Shown here: one piece after another, positions 38,278 through 49,749 of the stretch
Layout of the letters: each line of letters starts with the position of its first letter
Position numbering within the stretch: position 1 is the stretch's first letter
Source: Felis catus
Lineage: Eukaryota
Assembly: GCF_018350175.1 (NCBI RefSeq)
Contig: NC_058368.1
Location: 74,216,001-74,280,000 of the forward strand
Length of the DNA stretch: 64,000 nt
Direction of reading: 5' to 3'
Notes under the pieces: model-generated
The model's database searches: none
Told to the model about the DNA's origin: nothing
Seen by the model: the letters and a program-made list of their open reading frames with translations, nothing else
Position numbers and translations under genes: made by a program

Positions 38278-38711
38278 CAGTGTTTCTTCCAAGTTGGTCT
38301 TCAAAAGTCCTGCACCAGAGTTTTGTGGCTCTTTTTTTGTTGTAGTTTTTTGTTTTTTAAATGTTTTATTTATTCTTGAGAAAGAGATGGACAGAGTGTG
38401 AGCAGGGCAGGGGCAGAGAGAGAGAGAGAGAGGGAGACACAGAATCCGAAGCAGCCTCCAGGCTCTGAGCTGTCAATACAGAGCCCGATGCGGGGCTCGA
38501 ACCCACAGACCACGAGACCATGACCTGAGCCGAAGTCGGATGCTTAACCGACTGAGCCACCCAGGAGCCCTGAGTCTTGTGGTTCTTGCTGGACTCTAGG
38601 GACCTATCTCCCTCCTCCACCTACTTAGAATCTGCAAGTGATGCCCGACAATGTCTTTTAGCCGCCACTCAGCTCATTCTGAAGCACACTCAAGTTTAAG
38701 AATTATCAGTC
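38278..38711. mobile_element. MER5-like hAT element split by a SINE
   Basis: cagtgtttcttccaagtt ... attctgaagcacactcaagtttaagaatta. Confidence 0.5.
38334..38570 (-). mobile_element. Can-SINE (SINEC_Fc2-like)
   Basis: Full-length; degenerate TSD gagt(t/c)ttgtgg(c/t)tctt. Confidence 0.96.
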
Positions 38712-38999
38712 TGGATTTTAAACTTTCATCTAACTGGGCATCAATAAATCGCATATTAGGGCTGAATTCTTTCCATGCCTGCAAAGTTGCTCTCAGCGAA
38801 CTGAGCCGAGTGACTGTACCTTCCCCTTCTTTCAAGGATGAGGCAAGGAATCACTTCCTAATGTTGTCACTGACTTTACCATTGTGATATTGTTGGGAAT
38901 GTTACCAACTTTATCACTTACTGTCCCCCTTAAAATGGGCCCAGAGGATTAGTGTGTCCCAGAACGGAGATCTGGGAAGGCCTCACTACCCTGAGCCAA

Positions 39000-39001
<2 letters not shown>

Positions 39002-39036
<35 letters not shown>
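39002..39036 (+). repeat. (GT)17 microsatellite
   Basis: Direct sequence. Confidence 0.95.
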
Positions 39037-39039
<3 letters not shown>

Positions 39040-39120
39040 ATATATGTCATTATACACACACCAGGTCTTTTATCACTGACATGCATGTTAGCTGTTATCT
39101 GCTTGTTTACTTTTTTGACT

Positions 39121-39232
39121 TATTTTTTTAAGTTACTTATTTTTTTAGTGATATCTATACTTAATGTAGGACTCAAGCTCACAACCCCAAGATCTAGAGT
39201 CACATGCTCTTCCAACTGAGCCAGCCAGGCGC
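39121..39232 (-). mobile_element. Short tRNA-like carnivore SINE lacking the CT tract (SINEC_old-like)
   Basis: Reverse strand reads gcgcctggctggctcagttggaagagcatgtgactctagatcttggggttgtgag... Confidence 0.8.
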
Positions 39233-40512
39233 TTTTTGACTGTCATTATTTTTCTTTGTCTGTCTTTTGGATTTGTGTTATGTGTCTTATTATACTGGAC
39301 ACATTTCTATAGTCTACCTTAAAGCCTTTCTGAAATGAGGCAGAGTTTAGGTTAAATGAACAAGTAAATGGAAAGAAATACATAAAACAAGTCTGCAAGT
39401 GCATTAGATGCTACTATTGAATTTGTGTCCTTGAAAAAGCAAAGAGTTTGTTTGCATTGGCAACTGGCTCATCTTCAACAGAAAATATCACCGACTGTCA
39501 GGAGGAGAAAGGGCTAGCTTAGGGCCAGAGAGTTTTTAAATTTCTAGATGTTAAAAATAGTCAGGTTATTTAACATATTAACAGGCTTCCATTCACACTG
39601 TTTTAGTTGAGAAAGGCAATCTTCAATTCAATCAGGGATAGAAGAGTGGCTTCTTTGTAAGATCAGCTATTCCAGTCATCTAAAAGGTCAATGACATCTG
39701 ACCTTTTGCAAACCGTTTATAAAGCATGGGGGAGCATAGCATCTGTGGGCTTATCTTCCTGGTCTTTCTACAAATAAGTCATCTTATTAAGAGGCGACAA
39801 AGCAAAGAGTTTTTGTGTCAGCAAAGCAAAGATGATTGAGAACACTTCAAAAAATTAAAGTGAGTCATTTCCAATGTGATTTGAGAGGCAATCAAAACAA
39901 GGTAGAGCAAGAAACTTTACCAAACTTAAATTTTCAAACCTGTCCTATTTAGTGGTTTTCTCATTTTTTTCACCACTATGATGCAGAAAATGTTTTACCA
40001 AGTCACCATATACTCAGGGTGCTAGAGGACTGTTTAGATCACTTGAGTAATTTCAGATAGATGGTAAATCTTTATTTTGATCATAGATGTAAATATGGAT
40101 AACTTAAAAATTGCTAGTTTATAATTTTGGATTATTGTTTTAAAGACACAGATTTATGATAAAGGGGTAGAGGCCATGTAAAAATTACTTGCTTAGAAAC
40201 TTAGAGTGCAAGCATAATCAGAACGTGGTGAAAAGTTGTTAACAATCTATATTGTAACATAATTTTAGGTCTGCACAGGATAAGAGCTAAAAGGCAAAGT
40301 ATCTAGCTTTCTCGCGATACATAAGGTCATTTTATATTCTAACGGTTTGAAAATACTCTCCACTTACAGATGAACTAGTTCCTGACTTATATACGTAAAC
40401 TTTTGGCTTCAGTTTCCTCCAAATCCTGTTATCTTGAAAAAATGATCACATATTTTTGCAGTTTTCTTCTCATTGTGCATACATTCGCATTGATTAGAAG
40501 TTAAGGTTGGGC

Positions 40513-40736
40513 GGGGCGCCTGGGTGGCGCAGTCGGTTGGGCGTCCGACTTCAGCCAGGTCACGATCGCGCGGTCCGGGAGTTCGAGCCCCGCGTCAGGC
40601 TCTGGGCTGATGGCTCAGAGCTTGGAGCCTGTTTCCGATTCTGTGTCTCCCTCTCTCTCTGCCCCTCCCCCGTTCATGCTCTGTCTCTCTCTGTCCCAAA
40701 AATAAATAAACGTTGAAAAAAAATTAAAAAAAAAAA
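40513..40736 (+). mobile_element. Young felid Can-SINE (SINEC_Fc-like)
   Basis: gggtggcgcagtc, ctgggctgatggctcag; perfect 17-bp TSD agaagttaaggttgggc. Confidence 0.98.
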
Positions 40737-41384
40737 AGAAGTTAAGGTTGGGCTAGGAATTTGCAAACGCCTTAGGAATGTCCTCATTTTCAAAGATGAC
40801 TGATACAGAGTTATCTTCCCGTGGTATTATTAAAAATTTGATCTGATGATACCCTATCAACAGGTGGACAGCGCTTTCAACAAATTCTTGAAAATTCATT
40901 CTGTATAGGCTACAATAAGGTTCAAATATTGTTGACTGCTTCTGAATGCAAAACTATAAAAGTAACAGTACTGAGATATTTCTTGAGGGGTACAAAGTGA
41001 GACTGTCACCTGAGAAAGAAACCTTTATTATAACATCAACAAGAAAATGTAGTCACAGTGATAGTATTCATTAAGTAACAGCTAGCATGCATTTGCTTTT
41101 TATCCGTGAGGGGTCTTATTTTTATCATTTCAGTTTCGCATGGGTGTGTGTGTGTGTGTGTGCATGTAAAAGAAACCTTTTATTTTTGCACATCAAAGTA
41201 AATTTTATGAAAATACTACATTCTTTCTATTAGAGGAGTTACACTTAAAATGAAATTTATATAAACCCAGAGGCACACAAACGTTTTTCAGCACATGCAC
41301 AATTTAATTTTCTCAGTCGCTATGTGGTCGTGCTGTCTGTTGACGCCGTCACAGAGGGAAGAGGTGTCTCAGACGTGTAAACTG

Positions 41385-41689
41385 CGAAGGATGTATTGCT
41401 CCATCAACGCACCAGTAAGTTCTGCAGAGGCTTCCTCTGCCGATCAGAAGTAGCTAGATTTCCACACCGATTTAATCTTTGACCTTTTAACTTGGCCATT
41501 GTTTTTGGGATTCTGTGCCGTGGCACCTGTTAACTTGGAATCCCACAGAGACTGTAGGTCTCCTTTCATTGGCTGTCAATCAGACATCAGATTGTAGCAA
41601 TTTTTAGCTACCATTAACTGAGTCTGGATTCAAATTGTTGACCCATAGGTCAGAGGCCCATTACTAATCCCTGAAGCAATTCAGTCTCC
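41385..41689 (-). mobile_element. LF-SINE (LFSINE_Vert)-like ancient SINE
   Basis: Reverse strand from 41689 shows collinear blocks matching the recalled LF-SINE consensus (GGAGACTGAATTGC, GGATTAGTAATGG, GCCTCTGACCTATGGGTCA, AATCCAG, TACAATCTGATGTCTG, TTCCAAGTTAACAGGTG, GGTCAAAGATTAAAT); weaker extension toward about 41300. Confidence 0.75.
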
Positions 41690-42449
41690 TAGTTATTATG
41701 TGTCATTTAGTAGGTTTGATTCATGTGCACATCTCTTAGCAACATCAATAGAAATTCTGTGTGGGTAACAAGAGTGATGAAAGGCCCAGATTTTATTGAA
41801 ACACTACAATAGAAGAGCAGTATTAGTTTTGTGATTTCGAGGTGTGACGTCTTATTGATTATGAAGAAGGATCTGTGTACGCACAAAAACCAATGTGGCC
41901 ACAGCACTAATTGCACATGAGACAAACGCGCAGTTTTATAGGAGTATAGAACATGAGTAATTTTTCTAGCTCCCTAATGCAATCAATGTGTATACGTACG
42001 TGATCTATGCCCCTTTTAATACTCATTTTCTAGGAAAAATCTCTCTGTCTTAATAGGCTTTTTACCAAACATGATTTTTACAGGAATTGCTTTTGCAGCA
42101 AAGGTATTATTTATTCAGGTAAAATACTGCACTATATTACGAAGCTTTCAGGCAGTATTTTTGAGCAATAAGCATTAGTAGTTATATGAATAGTTTGGGG
42201 GAAATGTATTCTATTAGATTAGTTTTGTGTACAAGGAAAAAAGTCACCGAGTTTATTAAAAAGTAGAACTATAACCAGAAGCATAGGGAATAATTTGTAT
42301 TCAGGGCTATATAGCAAACAACATGAACAACCATTTTCCACTTTTGCAGAGAATATGTAGCAGAGGTTTGGTAAGAGAGAAGGAAGTTAGATCTAAGAAT
42401 ATGTTAAAGGAAGAGGGTTAAACCCCAGCTAATATGTCATGGCGATAAA

Positions 42450-42700
42450 ACTGGCTGGCATTTATTGAGGGTTTACTATGAGCTGGGTGTTACTCAAAGC
42501 ACTCAGCATGCATTAACCCACTTATGATTCCGAAAGCACAAGAAAACAGACACGAAGCAGATACGATTATTTTCCCTAATCTTAAATGAGACGCAGGTGA
42601 GGCCCAGACAAGGGCTGCTGGGGGTTATATTGCTGGTTAAGTCGTGAAGCCCAGGGTTGGATGAGGGCAGGCACCTCCCGAGCCTAACCTCCTACCCCGT
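42450..42700 (-). mobile_element. MIR
   Basis: catttattgagggtttactatg, attattttccc...aatgag...tgaggcccaga. Confidence 0.65.
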
Positions 42701-44541
42701 AAACCGCTTCAGAACGTTTCTTTTGCATTCTCCAGCCTGCAGCAAAGAGTTACCTGGAATCAGTCCCATTCTTTCTCTCAAACCGATCTCCTAATCCCCA
42801 CTTCCCTGTTTCTATCCCCAGATACTGAGGCAATTCTCCTTAGCCAGTAGGTTGGCTTCTCAGTCATGTCAGCGTTTGTCCCACTCTCCGGCCCAGCATT
42901 TTGTCATTCATAGTGTCCTGCGTCTGACACCTGCTACGTCTATTCCTTCCTTTGCTGCCTCTTGCCACCCCTCGAAGCTTGATCTTTATTATATTATCCC
43001 TGGAAGATTGCAAAATAGTCTTAGGTTATCTCCTCTCGTGACCCCAGATGACTCATCTTAAGGTTCAATTATGGTGGTGTCACTCCTCTCCTGGAAATCT
43101 CCAAGCCCTCCCCTGCTCTGCCCCCCAGTTCTCAACGGAGTAAAGAATAAACCAAGAGCTTCTCCTGAAATGCAGCGTTCTCTGTGATCTTCTCTCTGGT
43201 CTTCTACATTGTGATGTGCGTTTTTAATCAAACTGGATAATTTATACTTTTAGAGCGTGCCTTTCCAATCTCAGTGATCGTGGGCGACATTTTGTTCTTT
43301 GACCTTCCGACGTTTAGTGTTTATAATCCTCTTACACTATTATCTACTCTTTTCTCATTGTCTGTGGTCCTTTAATAGAACCATGAACAATAGGAAGGCG
43401 TTTATGGATTATTAAGCATTTTTTTTCCTCAGAGTAACCGTGCCCTTAGCTAAAATTTCAGATTCTGTGCACTACCCAACATCTACTAAATGAGAATGTC
43501 TGTCATCTACTACGCACCTACCCCAGCATCTATCCCCATTGGACCAAATGGGGTGCCCGCCTCTTAATTCACAAAGGACAGCAACAACAGTCCTGACTCC
43601 TCACCATTTTGTTTGAGACTTGTTCAGCCATCTTCACCACCCTTTGATTCTAAATGTGGTTCACTGATTTAATCACGTGTGTAACAGGATGAGTAATAAA
43701 ACCAGACGGGCCATGTTTCCACGATGTTCTTTAATTTACTGCATGACATATCACAGACCATTTAATGGGCTTCCTATTTGATGAGTGTAGTTAATGAGTC
43801 ACATTTTACTTCCTTACAAACCCCATCCCCAATGTCTTTATTACTGAAAACACACTTAGAGTCCAGACAAAAAAGTGGACCCAGAAAAGGCATCCTCTTT
43901 CCATTAAAGCCCAAGGAGAGCATTCAATCCATGATTAAGATTTCATATTTAACTTCCCATTCTCAAACCCACAGTCATGATGTTTCTTGTGATTTCTATG
44001 CACAAAGGTGTCCATGAGACATAGGGTTCTTAGGACTCTTACTTTGGGATTCTTCAAGATATTAAGATACTAAGTTCTAATTAAGCAAAGTTCTAATTTA
44101 GCAAAGATATTTATGTAGCATGACTTGTGGGGGGCCCACGTCTTGGACTCTCATCAATGCCAAGACAAGGTGTTTGCCTAACAGTTTCCTGATCCAAAGA
44201 AAGAACCATTGTCCAATTATGTAAGTGGTTGACATCCGACAACTCTTGGTGAAGCTCACTTGGTTCTTTTCGTCTCTTGAGAAAGGGGACGGAAATCTCT
44301 TTATCTACTTAGACCATCCAACAAAACCTCATGTGCTGCGCTCTTCCTCCTTAAGCAAACAGACAATGAGGACCGGGTTAGTATCTCTGTTGCAGAAAGG
44401 ATGGGAGGTACAGTATGGGTAGTTGAGTGGTTCCAACAGCAGCTACAATCCTGACATATATAATTTTCTCTTTAATGCAATTCATCACATATTATTATTT
44501 TGGAAAAAAAATTGTTTGCTGGATGTGTACAACAGAAATAT

Positions 44542-44787
44542 GGGGCGCCTGGGTGGCTCAGTCGGTTGAGCATCCGACATCAGCTCAGGTCATGATCTCG
44601 CGGTCTGTGAGTTCAAGCCCCGCATCGGGCGCTGTGCCGACAGCTCAGAGCCTGGGGCCTGGAGCCTGCTTTGGATTCTGTGTCTCCCTCTCTCTCTGCC
44701 CCTCCCCTGCTCATGCTCTGTCTCTCTCTGTCTCAGAAATAAATAAAACATTTAAAAAAATTAAAAAATAAATAAACATTAAAAAAA
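44542..44787 (+). mobile_element. Can-SINE with duplicated tail unit
   Basis: Full-length; aataaa...catt unit occurs twice; TSD agaaatat. Confidence 0.96.
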
Positions 44788-45594
44788 AGAAATATGACCG
44801 TGGTTACAAATAATTCAGTTTATTTTGTATCCTTTCTCTGTATTTATTGGCTTTATTTGAAAACAACATATCTTCATCCAAAAATACTTACACAAAGAAC
44901 ACATTTTCTATTAAAACATGGGGTGTTCCAGAAATATGGGGTCGTTTAGTTATGAAGATGATCGCAAGGTGCTCTTGTTAGCAGCCAAAAAAGAACCCGG
45001 CATGTTTTTATCATTATTCATAGAGACCTGATGGAACGATAACGGTGAAGGCAAAGAAGTAAAAGATATTTGCCCCCATAAATATCATTAGTCACATGGT
45101 AAATGGTCCTCTTTGAACCTTTTAGTAGACCATCAGCTGCACTGGGTAATGAGAGTGCTTGACAAGTTATAACTTTATTTGCACCTTACACGGTAACAAC
45201 ACAATCAAAAGAAGAATAAAAGGCACTTTAACTGGAACACGGTCACTAAAAATAAATATTCATTTTATTTTAGCAGGCTGTGATTTGGGATGGACTCATT
45301 CATTACATTTCTTTATCTCATTGTTTTTGTTCAACTGAACTTATCCGTACTTCACTTTACGTTTGTATATTATTTCTAAAATAAGATAACTTTTAGTAAT
45401 ATGCCACAATTTTAATGCCTTCATACGAGTTTAACAGAATATGTATAGTATTTTGTCACGAGCCATACTGTTGTCTGCGCTAAGGAGCACTAAATAAATA
45501 CATTTTTCTGCATAGAGATGGTTCATGCATGTGTTATGGTTTTAGTTTATTTTAATCTGCCAAAGCAAGAAGTATGCTATTTTTCTTTATACAG

Positions 45595-45817
45595 TTTTTC
45601 TTAAGTTTATTTATTTATTCTGAGCGAGCGCGAGAGAGAAAATGCAGGCGAGGGAGGTGCAGAGAGCAAGAGGGAGAGAGAGAGAATCCCAAGCAGTCTC
45701 CACATTGAGAGTGTGGGGCTCAAACCCTTGAACCCACCAACCCACGAACCGTGAGATCATGACCTGAGCCGAAACGGAGAGTCGGATGCTTAATCAACTG
45801 AGCCACCCAGGTGCCCC
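45595..45817 (-). mobile_element. Can-SINE
   Basis: Head ctgagccacccaggtgcccc; TSD tctttatacag. Confidence 0.94.
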
Positions 45818-45969
45818 TCTTTATACAGATTTTGTTCTCTACTTAATGTAGCAATTTCAACTTTTTCAAGCCATTGTTTCTTTCGCCTTAATGTTGTTAA
45901 CAAAAATCATCCATTAACTAGGCTTTTACCTTACTAATATTTCGTGTTATTTAATAAGGGATATACAGA

Positions 45970-46165
45970 AGCGCCTGAGTGGCCCAGTTAAGTGTCTGAC
46001 TCTTGGTTTCAGCTCAGGTTACGACCTCACAGCTCATGAGTTTGAGCCCTACGCTGGGCTCTGCACAGACAGCATGGAGCCTGCTTGGAATTCTCTGTCT
46101 CCCTCTCTCTCTGCCCCTCCCCCACTCATTCTCTGTCTCTTTGAAAATAAATAAACATTAAAAAA
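45970..46165 (+). mobile_element. Can-SINE
   Basis: gcgcctgagtggcccagttaag..., CT tract, aataaataaacatt; degenerate TSD ataagggatatacaga / ataaggaatgcacaga. Confidence 0.92.
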
Positions 46166-46661
46166 TATAAGGAATGCACAGAATTTTCTCCATATAGCCT
46201 CAGGGTGTAAATTAGACACAAAAACATAATGACTCTTGATGGAACAGACTAACAATGTCACGTAGTAAGAACTAAACACTGATAAGAGTGGCAGCTGTCA
46301 CATTCTAAGAACAAACAAGACACTGGTGTTTCGACCGGGGAAACATGGCAAAAATTCGTAGTAGAGATCATTTCTTTATTTAAGGAACAATATTTATTAC
46401 ATTAAAGTTATCTATTATATAACCATTACCCACATATTCAGTGATCCCATCTGTCAGCCATCTATTCAGTTCACAAAGTGTAAAGATTAGGTTAGATAAC
46501 CTGCAATACATTGGTACAGCGTAAACTTCGTAGTAAAACATCAGCCACATTGTATAATGTGATTTCATTTTATTCTTCTTCGTTTTATTCTTTTTTTCCC
46601 CCTGAGTTGTCAGTTTTACATTCTGGATACCTGTGAGTTTTTCACTTTAAAATGGTTGTCA

Positions 46662-47057
46662 CCCCCTCAGTGTCCATTAATAAATGAATAAATAAGATGT
46701 GGTATATTTGTGCAGTGGAATATTACCCAGGCCTCACCGAGGATGCCATCGGGCCATTTGCAGCAACGTGCGTGGATGGACCAAGAGGGTGTTCTGCTCA
46801 GTGAAATCGGTCAGAGCAAGAAAAGTACCAGATGATTTCACTCCTATGTGGAATCCACAGAAACAAAACAAAACAAATGAATAAGCAAACAAAGAAAAAG
46901 CAGAATCAGTCATAAATACAGAGAATACACTGATGGCCACCGGTCAGCGTGGGGGGAGGGAAAATGGGTGAAGGGGAAGGGGAGATACAGGCTTCCAGTT
47001 ATGGGATGAATACGTCACTGGAATCAAAAGTACAGGATAGGGAATTAGAAGGAAAAA
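46662..47057 (+). mobile_element. Truncated carnivore L1 (ORF2 end plus part of 3'UTR)
   Basis: atgtggtatat...ggaatattac, gatttcactc, gagatacaggcttccagttatgg; TSD aaaatggttg(t/c)ca. Confidence 0.85.
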
Positions 47058-47240
47058 AAAATGGTTGCCATCTCCTTGCAGTGGAATCACAAAAGAAACA
47101 GTGAGTGCTAGTACTTCGATTATAATATCAGTTCTGCATTTGAAGTAAAAAAGTCACCAGCAAATTTCGAGGCAGTATAATTGCAAATGACCTGGTTTAA
47201 TAGCAGTACATATTTCAAGTGAAAATTGAAAGGACTCAAG

Positions 47241-47300
47241 AGTTTGTTTGTTTGTTTCTTTCTTTCTTTCTTTTATTTTGTTTTGTTTTGTTTTGTTTTG
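47241..47300 (+). repeat. Compound (GTTT)(CTTT)(GTTTT) microsatellite
   Basis: Direct sequence. Confidence 0.85.
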
Positions 47301-47539
47301 CTCTAGTTACACTATCCAGCAACGGTACTCCAGGACTACCAAAAAGTAATAATGGTTGAATCCATATTGATAGGAGTAGAATACATAAATCAAAGAGAAG
47401 ACAACCTTATATTCTCCACTATTAACACCATGCTTAGGTCTTAGTGGCTCAATTTAAAAGATGGCTGAAAACCACGTGAGCAGAAAGTGATTTCAACAAT
47501 GACAGCATTTTTTTCTTGAGGACTAAGAAAAACAAAAAA

Positions 47540-47726
47540 CAAAAAACAAAAAAAAGCACCCTTATTGAAGTACAATTGATGTCTTCTAACCTGTACCTAT
47601 TTAAAGTGTAAAATCTGGGGGGCCTGGGTGGCTCAGTCAGTGGAGTGTCCAACTCTTGATTTCAGCTCAGGTCATGATCTCATGGTTCCTAGGACAGAGC
47701 CCCGCATCGAGCATGGAGTCTGCTTG

Positions 47727-47773
<47 letters not shown>

Positions 47774-48370
47774 CTTTCTCTCTGTGCCCCTCCCCCACCC
47801 CACTCACGCACGCACACACTCCCTGTTTCAAAATAAATATCAAAAAAATAAAATGTAAAATCTGATAGATGTCAATGTACGTGTATAACTGTGAAGCCAT
47901 CATCACAATCAGGCCCAAACGTTTCCTCGTTGCCATTTGTCATCCTTCTCTCCCTCCCCTCTCCATACTACCCCTGCCCCTCATCCCCAGGCAGCTACTG
48001 TTCTGCTTCTTGTCACTTGGGATTAGTTTCCACATGCTACCGTTTTATATAAATGGAACTATACAGACACACAAACACACACACTCATTTTTGTTTGCTC
48101 TGGCTTCTTTCGCATGACGGAATGATGTCACACACATCCACGTGTGTGTATTGACAGTTCTTTCCTTCTTCACTGCTGAGCGGTAGTTCACCCTATGGCT
48201 GTACCAACTCATGTTCATCATACTTACCTCCTTGGGGACAGCTGGGTTGCCTCTATTTTTTTTTTTTTTTTTTTACTGCAGATAAAGCTGCTTTGAACAT
48301 TCACGTACAGTTTCTGTATAGACATACGCATTCGTTTCATGAGTGGAAGAGCTCGTCCTTTGGTGGGTAT
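47540..48370 (-). mobile_element. L1MB-like 3'UTR fragment interrupted by a SINE
   Basis: ttattgaagtacaattga, tgtgaagccatcatcacaatc, ataaagctgctttgaacattcacgtaca. Confidence 0.75.
47617..47849 (+). mobile_element. Can-SINE with expanded (CT)n
   Basis: Head ggggggcctgggtggctcag; TSD aaa(g/a)tgtaaaatct. Confidence 0.93.
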
Positions 48371-48779
48371 GTTTTGCCTTTTTTTCTCTTCACCTGTAGG
48401 CCCACCATAAAATTTTGTCATTGATAGTTGATGTACTTGCTTATCAGATGCCTATCAATGCACTCAACCCTCTGTCCACCCATCACTCTTTATTTTTTTG
48501 TATTCATTACAAAGTAAATTGAAGACATCAGTACAGTTCACTCTAAATATTTCAATACGCATTTATTAGCTAGTGTTTAGCATTTGTTTACCGTTTTTTC
48601 TTATGATATAAATTTTACAACCCATGAAACGTACGCAAAAGCATACACTTGCTGAGTTTTGACAAATATGGGCATGTGTGCAGCCAAAACGCATATAAAG
48701 GTATAGACCATTTCCAGCACCCCAAAATGTTGCTCGGTATTGTGTTCAGTGAGTCCCTACATCTGCTACACCCCAAATT

Positions 48780-49030
48780 GGAAGTTTCATACAATGATGT
48801 GAGAATAGTATAACCACTTTGGGAAAAATTTTTGGCAATGCCTTATGAAAGGAAACACACACTTACCTTAAGATCACAGTACTTAATTCCTAGGCATTTG
48901 CCCAAGATAAATGAACATGTGGTTCACAGAAAGATTTGCACAAGAGCATTTAAGGCTTCACTCATGTTGGCCCCAAGCTGGAGCCAGCCTAGGAGGCCAT
49001 CCATGAGAGTGGTCAAACTGACCACAGATG
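48780..49030 (+). mobile_element. Old L1 ORF2 3' fragment
   Basis: ataaccactttggg, ttcctaggcatttgcccaag, gccccaagctggagc. Confidence 0.6.
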
Positions 49031-49749
49031 ATTTAGAAACAAGAGTATATGAGGCACATCTGAGGCAATCAGGGTGTGGAAAAATATACTGACTGTTTTG
49101 AGATATTTGTGTTTGTCCAGGAAAGGAGATAATGGGTACTCAGTGTAGATTTTAAAACAAAACTCAATGCAGAAATAGAAATTGTACGATGACAGGACTT
49201 TGTCGATCTACCTAGGAACTTTATTGCAATTCCAGCAGCATGGTGGTGGAATGCGTCATCTTGAAGGTGCTGAGTTTTCTAGTTCTCTAAGGACCAACAG
49301 TCTTGGATACTTCAGATGAGGTTTTGCCTTTTTTTTTTTTTTTAAAGCTAGGGCAAGAATTTAGAGTTGACTACCAAGATAACTTCAATTCTAAACATCT
49401 CTGATCTACCTTTGCTGTCCTTTATCTTTCTGTTTACTCCCTGTCATTGTGAGGCATTTGGGAGGGTGTTACCTTCCTTCCACTGGGGATCAGAGGGGAT
49501 GGTGAGGTGAGGTCACTTATCAAGGTCACTCAGTGTTGCGTGTTAGAGACAATTTTGGAAAGCAACATTTTCTTACCTTGCGTCCTCTACTCTTTATAGG
49601 TTACTCATATTTTTTCCATTACGAACCAACCTGGTGGGATAGGAATAAACCATATTTGAGTAAAGTCTTCACCTTGGCTTACTATATGTGATCTACAGTT
49701 ATCTGTCTCTTTATTCCTCATTTGCTCCACCAACAGCCTTCAACAGACT

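Noticed and set aside
39121..39232. tRNA gene
   Set aside because: It is a tRNA-derived SINE head with an A-rich tail and many substitutions; the same applies to all other SINE heads.
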